From positions 1 through 45,671 of the forward strand of contig JASVEC010000123.1 of assembly GCA_030770535.1 (NCBI GenBank): a stretch of 45,671 nt of DNA. The letters are read 5' to 3'. Shown piece by piece: positions 36,430-45,671 of the stretch; the first letter of the stretch is position 1; the number at the start of each line of letters is the position of its first letter. Under the pieces are notes generated by a model. The model was not told where the DNA came from. It saw nothing but the letters and a program-made list of their open reading frames with translations, and made no database searches. The DNA is from Batkoa obscura. Its lineage: Eukaryota. A program made the translations under genes and the position numbers.

Positions 36430-37230
36430 ATTCTTTCATCAAAGTTATATCTTGAATTTTATTTGAATAGTTTAGTTAAGTTCGAAAAATGATGACTCGA
36501 TTCGTTGATTTCCTCTTTATCTAATGAAACTCCAAAACAAATTTTCAGTCCCAATTATTTACAAAATTATAAATGCAACTTTAAAATATTGATAGATAAG
36601 CAGCATTTTGATGCACGAAAACACTTAAGTATTCTTATTTAAACATGACAATCTTTCTATATATACTGCTATAGATAATAAAGAGTAATGCCAATTGTAT
36701 GATTTTAACAATTTTAATCTAATCAATTTTATTATATACGAAATGTAAATAAACTAATATAATATTCTTACTATTTTTTTATTTGAAATATAAACAATAA
36801 AGTATTAATTATATTTTAATAGTTTAATTTAATATTTTGTTGCAACTTATCCTTTTATAAAAATTTTAGTTACTTAAATAAAAGTAAATTTCTTTCAATA
36901 TGTTCTACTTTTTTATAAAAAAATATTAAAGATTTAATAAAACGTTTACTTTATAAAAGGAGTAATATCATATAAACAGAGATACTGGTATAAAAAAGGA
37001 AATTCAACTTCAAGAAATTGTCATTCAACTAAACAATAATTAGTTTATTAAAAGCACTATAAATCATTTTGATTTTTCATCTAAACTGTAAAATCCAATT
37101 TTCAAAACTAATTCATATAACAATAATAAAAATAAACAATTCATTGCAACTCCAATTTTATTATAAAAAAATAGACTCTATAAAACATTCTTCAACCTCA
37201 TAATTTCTATCTATTTTTCTTTGCTTCGAT

Positions 37231-38474
37231 CTATTTTCTACCTTTGCCTTTAGAACTTTTTCCTTTAGATTTAGGGTCCTCTTTGGCTTTAGCACCAGTA
37301 ACTTTAATAGCCTAAAAAAATAAAAAATAATCTACAAAAGCATCTTATAGTCAATAGATATTTACCTTTCTAACATTAACCACTTCTTTTTTCTTTTGTT
37401 CTTTAGCTGCACTACCGTTCGTTAATTTATTTAAGATTTTTAAACTACTATCCTTTTCAAGCTTTAAATCTTTACCAATGGTAGGTTCAAACTAACGAAA
37501 TTTTTATATAAATATACTATTTCAGGAATAAAACAAGTCTGTTTACCTTTCTTCTAACTCCCTTAGCTTTAGCTTCGCCCTCAATTTTTTTATCGAATTT
37601 ACCCATAGAAGCTGTAGAAACTTTAGCCAATACAGCATCTCTTTCAAGGGTGCCTTTTCTAACTGTTCTTTCTTGTCTTAATTTAGCAGCTATTTCTTTA
37701 GGAGTTTCCTTTTCTTTATTTTCTCCGCTAGCTTCTCTCACATTTCTCATTTGTCTCTTTAAATTCTTTTCAACTCTTGATTTTTTATCTTCTCTTTCTT
37801 TAGCATATAAATCAACATTTGGATCTTCACCATCTGGTACTTCCATTAACCAATCTTTAGCTACTTGATTAATACCCTTATATCCATATCGTGGTTTATA
37901 TTCTCCACTTTCTTCATCATAAACCATACGTTCTCGTTTTTTATTCGTGATGTTTTTAGCCTTAGCAAACTTCTCCCATCGTGTTAATGGTTTAGGTTTT
38001 GGAATCTAGAAATTTAAGTTAAAAAACAAGAAGAATAAGAAGGAAAATAAGAGAACTTACTGGCTTTTCACGTGGTAATGAAGTATTTGGTTTTGGTAAT
38101 GTAACCATATAACCATCTTCACTAGCTACTACAGGGAGAGAAAATACTTGATTTAATAATAATTGAATACCATCACGGCAATATCTTTTTAAATAATCAT
38201 CAAGGTTATCATCTAGTTTTCTGTTTTGGAAAAAAAAGGTGTTAGAAGTGAAGAGTTTCAATTTTAGTGTCTTGTCTTACTTGAACTTAGTGTTATCCAT
38301 GGTATTAATATCTGTAGCACATAATAACCCTAAATCATAATTTAAGGGAATGGCTTTTTCCACTTGTACACTCTTTCTATAAATAAATATCTTTTAGTAT
38401 AAATTCTACTATTCTTTTGATTCTACTTACTTGGCTTCTTCCAATTTATTTAACTGAGTTTCAATTTGATCCAT
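37231..38474 (-). CDS. RRS1: Ribosome biogenesis regulatory protein Rrs1 (multi-exon)
   Basis: Spliced motifs YDLGLL, RDGIQLLLNQVFSLP, LPREKP/IPKPKPLTRWEKFAKAK, VYDEESGEYKPRYGYK and STASMGKFD; basic C-terminus; ATG at 38474, TAG at 37231. Confidence 0.93.
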
Positions 38475-38873
38475 AGTTAAGGTAAACAAGCTTTTAAAAA
38501 AAATTCTTAGCTTTAATAAATGTTTCGGATTGGAAGTTAAACCAATGAATGACTTAGAGTTGAAAAAAAGTTAAATTGATTGGTTTATTTTTTTTACTAG
38601 ACTTTTGGATTGTTTAGAGGTTTTAGTTTTGTATAAATAATATAAAATATTATAATAAGTGATATAGGTATATTTTGAATAGTAGTGATAAATATAAACT
38701 AAACATCTATAACCTTTAATTATATGAAATAATAAATTCATTAAAAACAAATCAATAAAATTCTAAAAATATCAAATGATAACTTAAATCCCCAAAAAAC
38801 TTATAATTATATAAAATTTAAACCTAAACTTTCATTTTAATTAAAAATTTAACAACTTCATATTCTTCTTTGA

Positions 38874-39347
38874 CTACCATTTAAAGGACCAATTTTTGAC
38901 ATCAATTTCGATATTGTTCAAAGCTGAAGCAAATTGATATAATTTACCATTCCATTGACTTTTAATTTCTGGTATTAACTCTTTTTGAGCATGTGATTTA
39001 GCTCCTTCAACTAACTCCAATACATATGGTTTAGCTAAAACTTCTCTGTAAACTGGACGTTGATCCTAGAAATTAAACAATTTATTAATATATCACTTTT
39101 TATCATGATTTTATTTTATCCTGCATTTTATTAAGATTTAATTCAATTATGATCAAAAAACACTTACCTCTATTTCAGCCCTTTTAGCTTCAGGCAAAAA
39201 CGAAGTATTTAATAAATAATCCACATCCTTTAGTCTTTCAGTTTGACTATGAATGTCACGTTCAATATTTTTACGAAATGCGTATATAAACCCAGTACTG
39301 AATACAATACCACTAAGCACTCCTATACTTCGACTAACTTGACCCAT
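38874..39347 (-). CDS. Small mitochondrial membrane protein, MICOS subunit Mic12-like (2 exons)
   Basis: Exons 39168-39347 and 38874-39065; N-terminal Gly-rich TM segment; C-terminal IKSQWNGK motif resembling the Mic12 KxxWN motif. Confidence 0.6.
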
Positions 39348-39617
39348 TTATATTGATTTTTATTTAATTTGTTGAATGAAATTCAAAATAAATTGATATC
39401 AATTCTTAACAATGATGCATGGAAATTAAAGAAATTATGGGAAGTTAACAAATATCCAATTGATTCTGATTAGCACCAATGAAATCAACCTATTTTTAAA
39501 AAAGATGAGGTAATTTTTAAGGGAGGAACTTCAATTAAGGATCAAATTGGTAGAAATTGAAGTAGTTACAATAAAATTTCAATTTTTTAAGTTTCAGTTA
39601 ATTCAATTAATTAAAAA
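39348..39617. promoter_or_regulatory. Putative bidirectional promoter with CCAAT boxes
   Basis: 270 bp between divergent ATGs; CCAAT at ~39456 and ~39476, ATTGG at ~39547. Confidence 0.45.
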
Positions 39618-42139
39618 ATGGAAGATGGAAACAGTCAAGAAGAAAATTCAAAGAGGTTATCGGAATCCAATGTAAGTTAACAGCAATATTGGATTTTATA
39701 AAGCGTGATGTTAATAATATTATCTAGAAACAACGTCCACGTAAAAGTAGTCTAAAAAAAATACAAACAGATTTTAAAACTGAAAGGTAAGAAAAGTTCA
39801 ATTTATTCACATAAACTAAACCAACTTAAATTCATGTATTACTAGAAAGAAAACGGAAAAAAGAAGGGTTAGTTTTAATGACAAAGCGTTAGTGAGGTAA
39901 ATTAATTATTAATTTATTATTAAACTTATTTTGTTAAAAACTAATAATTTATTAGAACTATTAATCAACAACAAACTATTGAAAGTAATAATTCGAATTT
40001 AAGACAAAGCGAGCCACTAAAAAATAAAGTTTCAAAAACGATTAAAAAGTAAGCATTAGTTAATATTATTATATTAATATTAATCTAAAAAAGAAATTAA
40101 TACTTATAATTTTAGTTTAAATAACAATAATATAGCAGATTATATTACAGATACCAAATTTGAAGGTGATCAGAAAGAATCAATATCTCAATATTTAAAT
40201 CGTACTTTAAATCGACGCAAATTAAGCTTTAATAAATTTGCAACTAAATCAAATGAAGAAAAAGTAAAGGAATTAACTACTCAATCATCTGAATTACTCT
40301 TATTAAATAAAGAGAATGAAAATAAGGAATTAAAAACAACTTGTGTTATAAAAGATACAAGACAAATAGAAACATCCAATGAAAACGAGAATATTCAAAT
40401 AAAAGAAAGATTATTAAATAATCAACCTGGATTATCAAGTAATTTCTTAATTGAATATAATTATGAATCTCAAAAATCAATTCATGGATTTGATTTTGAA
40501 ACTAATCAAATTAAATCTGATTTTATTGATGGTTCATTTAAAGATTACAATTACCAATCGCCGCCAATCCTTTTTCAAAAGAATGGAATGCCTAGGAAAA
40601 CAATCGATGAATTAATTGAAGAAAATAATCAAATTAATTTAATAAAAGAAGAGAAGTTAAATAAACAAAAATTAAATCATAAAGAAGAAGAGAAGGAAGA
40701 AAAAGAAGAAAAAGGATTGAGATTAAATAAGAAAAATAAACTTTATCATAAAGAAGAAGATAAAATTAATAACATTAATATTAATCATTTAACTCCAATT
40801 GATTCAACATTATCTACTTCAAAATCGACAGTAGTTAATACTAATTTATATCAACATATAATTAATCAATCAAATGAATCAAATAATAATAATAATAATC
40901 AAAATAATACTATAAATTCATTAGATATTAGTGATATTAGTATTATTAGTAATCCCAGTTCTACATTAGAAGAGTCAAATTATGATGAATTAATATTGAA
41001 AAGTCAACGTAGAAACAATAATAATAATAGCAATAAAGATATTAATTCCGATTTACAAGTTCAGAAATTAGATGAATTTAATGAAGAAGAAGACATTCAA
41101 AATACATTAAGAAATTTAAGAGATAAAAGTAAATCAATTAAAAATTCAATTATTAAAAAAAATATTATTAATTTGAATTTAAAAAATAAAGATAAAATAA
41201 TTCAAAATAAACAAAAAGATTGGTTGAATGAAAAGGAAAATTTAACTATTAATAAAAGCAGCAAAATAATTAAACAAATTAAGTCATTCGAAGTAAATGA
41301 TGTTGATAATATATTTGATGAAGATTCTGATTCTGATATAGTTAAAGAGAATATAATGAATTTAAATGATAAAGGGAATGACTTAATTGAATTGAAAGAA
41401 GATTTAATCAAACCAACTACTTATGAAGATAATAGTTTAATTAATGAAAATGAGGATATTAATTTTATTGACTTAAATAATAATAATAATAATATATTAT
41501 ATTAATAATGAATTTCCAAAACCAATATTAGAATTAATAAAAAAAATGAAACTTCATCCTAATAATTTGTTATTAAATAAGAACAATTTATTAAATCATC
41601 AATTGAATCATCAATTAACACCTGAAAAAAAGAAAAGTGAAGATAAAAATAATGATTTAGATAGCGATAGCGATAGTAATATTGATTCTTATACTACTTA
41701 TGAATCTTCGCCTATTCTAGATAGCTTTGATGTTTTAGAAAGTCCAATTTTATTACAAGGAGAAACAGAGAATGAAAAAGAAGTTCAATTATTTAATGAT
41801 AATGATATTATTGAACCTATTAAAAGAAGAGATAATGAAAAATTAGAGGAAAATCAATTCTCTGTTATTATGGATTTTGATGAAGATATTAATATTGAAG
41901 AATTGGAAAATAAACAAGAAAATAATAATAAAAATAACATTGAAATTAAAAATACGAATAAAATATCAACAGATAATAATGAAATTAATTTATCAAAAAG
42001 GGCTATTTTAACACAAGAAGATGATGATTATCCTAATAAAAAAACAAATATAAATACTAACTTTGGGTTTGGTATTCCTAATAAACATAAAACAGAGAAT
42101 CAAATAACAAATAAAAATATATTAAGTTGGGGGAGTTTC

Positions 42140-42170
<31 letters not shown>

Positions 42171-44489
42171 GTAATAATTTTGGTTTTAAAAATACATCTT
42201 TTGGATTTGGATTTGGATTTGGATTTGGAAACAGTAATAATAATAACGAAATACAACAAAATAAAAAGGAGAGCATAACAAATGAAAAGGTTTTAAATGA
42301 GGAAAAACAAAAGAAGATGAATAAAGTAATATCATCATCAACTGAGAATAAAGAAGATTGTTTAGTTAAAGAGAGTATTGAAATTAAACAAAGTAAATTG
42401 AATGAAAATAAACAAGAAGTTAACATCAATTTATCAAATAGTTTATTAACTACAAATAACAATGAAGAACAAAATAATCCGTTGGTCATATCAAATAATT
42501 ATAATAATAAGATAATTGAACCTTTGAGTGCTATTAATACAATTGAAAAAGAAATTATATCGCCAACAAAATTAAAATTACATAAATTAAGTATTAAATC
42601 AACATCAACTAATAATAATAATAGCAATTTAATAAGTAAAGAAAACATCAAATTAATTCAAAGTTATAAAGATCAAAGTATTAAATTTAAAGCTAATGAA
42701 TTTATCAATCAAACTAAATTATGTTTTATTGATGATTTACAGCCAATTATTCCACAATATAATCATCACAAATTTAATGAAAATGAAAAAGAATCTTTAA
42801 ATGCAATCTTAATGAAAAATTGTAATAATCAAGAATATCAGTTAATAATTAATGAAATGGAATTATTAAAGGAAAAAATTGATAAGTTAAAAGAAGAAGT
42901 GAAGATCAAGGAAGAGGAAATTGAAAATAAAGAAGTCAAAATTATTCAAGATTATTTTAAATTGGGTAAAAATAGTCGAAAAGAAATGGAGGTAATTAAT
43001 AATTTATTTATTTATTTATTTATTTATTATTATTTATTTATTTATTTATTAGGATAAATTATCTATTCATACAGCTACTTATCGTAAAGATGCTCGTGTT
43101 ATTATGGTTCATCAACATGAAGTAGCTATTAATAATCTTCAATCAAAATTTCAGCAATGTTTGGAAAACTTACAAAAAGTAAATTTTACAATTGAATTTT
43201 AATTTATTAATCGAATTTTTAAACTAAATTTTTAATATTAATAACAGAAATATCAAGAATTATCGATTGAAAATGAAATTATGCAAAACAATGAAGCATT
43301 AATTATGGAAGAATATAAAAAATTAATAGTTGAAGTAGAAAAGAAAGTTAGGTAAAGCGAACATTGGAATCATTCTTAATCTTGACTATATTAACTTATT
43401 CATTTTTGAAATTTAGTTCAGCTACTGAAAAATCTTCTGAATCAATATTAAAATTAAATTATTTTCTGGATTCTAAAAGGTAAAAAAATAATGATTCATT
43501 TTTAATATTAATAATAATAATAATAATAATTTATTTTTAATATTTTCATTTAATTTTTAGTACCAAAACTATTAAAGAACATAGTTTAATTCAATTAAAA
43601 GACGAAAATTTGGCTTTGGATAAGGTAATTCTTATCATTAATGATATTAAATAAAGTTAATAAATAAATTAGGAGATTATGGAACTTGAATTGGAACTTG
43701 AAAATATTAAAAAAAATGAAAATCAAATAACAAATAAAAATAAAGTAATGGAAAAGAAAAGTAAGTTTTGATTAGTTCAAATTTTATATAAATAATTGAA
43801 TAATAATTTATAAATTTATAATAGAACAATATGAAATGTTAAATAAACATACAATATGGGATATTGATATTGAAAATCAAGAAATTGTATTATTATTTTC
43901 CAACTATTTTAAAGTTCATATGAAATTAATGGAAGAAAATTCAAAAATAGTCAATTTATTAACATTAAAATTTGACATGATTCAAAAACAAATTAATTTT
44001 GAATTTGGATTCAATTTACTAGTTATATTTCAAAAATATTTAATATTTAAAGGAAATAAGCTAACAATTCAACAATTAGCTTATCAATTAGCTAAATATT
44101 GGTCAAGAGTACTGGAATTTTTAAAGCAATTAAATCAATTGAAAAAAGAACATTCTATTGAATTAAAATTAAATTCAAATATTCAATTTAATAATGAAGA
44201 TTTATTATCTACAGAGATTTGTTTTATAAATATGTATTTTAAAAATTATAGCCAATTAAATCAACCCATTCGATTTTGTTTAATTACTTCAATTCAAATT
44301 CAAGATTTATTGGGAATTCAATTTCAATTGCCAATTAATTATAAAATACAAACTTATTATGGGAATATTGAACAAAAAGAAATAGATGATATTTATAATC
44401 AATTAAATAATAATCAAAATAATAATTTGAATTTGAATTTATTTACCTTTTATAATGCTATTCATGAATTTATTAGGAAATATGAATAA
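39618..44489 (+). CDS. SPC105: Outer kinetochore protein Spc105/Spc7/KNL1 (multi-exon; one apparent frameshift at ~41500)
   Basis: Exons 39618-39671, 39728-39786 and 39846-39896 give RKSSLKK and RRVSF, the SILK/RVxF PP1-docking motifs. These are followed by a long disordered N-rich region, FINQTKLCFIDDL (Spc7-domain-like), a coiled coil and an RWD-like C-terminus. Confidence 0.8.
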
Positions 44490-44663
44490 TTGATTAAAAT
44501 ATAAAATTGAAACTGAAATTGAAATATTTTCTTTTTGAATAAATTATTTTTTTATAGCTTAAATTAATAAAAATAATATTAAAATAATTAATTTTTTTTA
44601 TAATTTTATTTTTGATATTAAAAAAAACACTATAAAAAAAAGTAGAACATTCACATACATGTT

Positions 44664-45671
44664 TTAAAGAGAAGTAGTTACGGTCAAAGATTTAGCATGT
44701 ACTAAGATAGTTGGTGGTAAATTCTTTGTAAATTGTTCTAATGATTGACAATAATTTAAAACAATGATTTTCTTTTTTTTTTGAACAATTTAAATCAGGT
44801 GCAGGTAATGTTGAAAACACAATGGCAGTCTGATTAGAATTTAATAAAATTAATTGATTTAATATTAAATATTGTAAATGAACTGGTAATTCATTAAATT
44901 CTTTAGCTGTCTCATGAGGTTGATGATACATTATAGGTTCTTCTACAAGATCTAAATCTATTAAAAAATCGGACATTTCATCCGATGCATTTTCGCTATC
45001 TTTATCTGAACACTCATCTTCAGTATGATTATTAGTATCAAATGTTTGATCATAACCATCTGGTAAAGGTAAATTAATTCTTAATGAAGTAGAAAAAGCT
45101 TGTTGTTTATTTGACTTTCTTCATTTTTATTCTTATCAAATTCAATTGGTTCATTAGTCCTGTAATTTTGTTGATTTTCACCAAATAATTTATCATATTC
45201 AGGTACAGCTTGCTCATCCAAATAAAATACATTTAATTGAGCAGGTATTCTTAAATTCAATAATAATTTATTAACTCTTGATTTCTCTTCTTCGACATCC
45301 ACTTTATGTTCCACAAAACAATTCACTCTTAACTCATATCTTTCTTTCCATTGAGGTACCATATGTAAAATACATCCTAATTGTAATACCATTGTATATG
45401 AATCAAAATTAATAGCTTGATTTGTATTATGTTCATTACAATTGACCATTTGAATAGGCCAAAGATCAATATATTTTTTAAAATTACTTTGATAATTTTG
45501 TAATTCTTTTGGTAGACAAGGTAACAATGGATTTTCTTGAAATCCAAAAGCAATAGCCACGGCTTTATTTAATAATAAAGAATCTTCAATTATACTAACA
45601 TAATCCATAATAAAATGGGTTAATTCAGATTTCATTTCATCCGTTGGTAAGGTCCCAATCGATCTCCAATT
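44664..45671 (-). CDS. Cation-chloride cotransporter (SLC12/Vhc1-like), C-terminal part; runs off the window
   Basis: YIDLWPIQM, LQLGCILHMVPQW, LLLNLRIPA, FNELP..QYLILNQLI, TAIVFSTLPAP and LPPTILVHAKSLTVTTSL-stop. Two frameshifts near A-runs. Confidence 0.85.

Noticed and set aside
41202..42489. Antisense ORFs 41202-41411 and 42100-42489 (likewise 4167, 9017, 30286, 30303, 32128 and 37650)
   Set aside because: They overlap better-supported genes on the opposite strand and reflect low-complexity codons.

Overview
This is very AT-rich eukaryotic DNA with short GT-AG introns, most likely from an early-diverging fungus (Entomophthoromycotina/Conidiobolus-like; inferred from gene families and base composition). 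From left to right it contains: two tandem 7-TM GPCR-like paralogs; tRNA-Leu(AAG); a complete but frameshifted 2.44-kb Sola-like DDD DNA transposon (GGGG...CCCC inverted ends, AAAT target duplication), plus 14 copies of a ~100-bp MITE with matching ends; a cluster of six secreted Pro/Tyr-rich (PPSY) proteins with a DY near the mature N-terminus and a terminal Tyr; six co-oriented IS630/Tc1 (DD34E) transposase-derived genes; and a conserved block of RRS1, a MIC12-like gene, SPC105/KNL1 and the 3' part of a cation-chloride cotransporter. The six transposase-derived genes all lack the first catalytic Asp, show no visible TIRs and have divergent HTH domains; five of them lie head-to-tail with ~320-bp spacers. 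The best candidates for undescribed biology are this possibly domesticated transposase array and the PPSY secreted-protein cluster. Frameshifts in housekeeping genes suggest assembly indel errors, so pseudogene calls are tentative.
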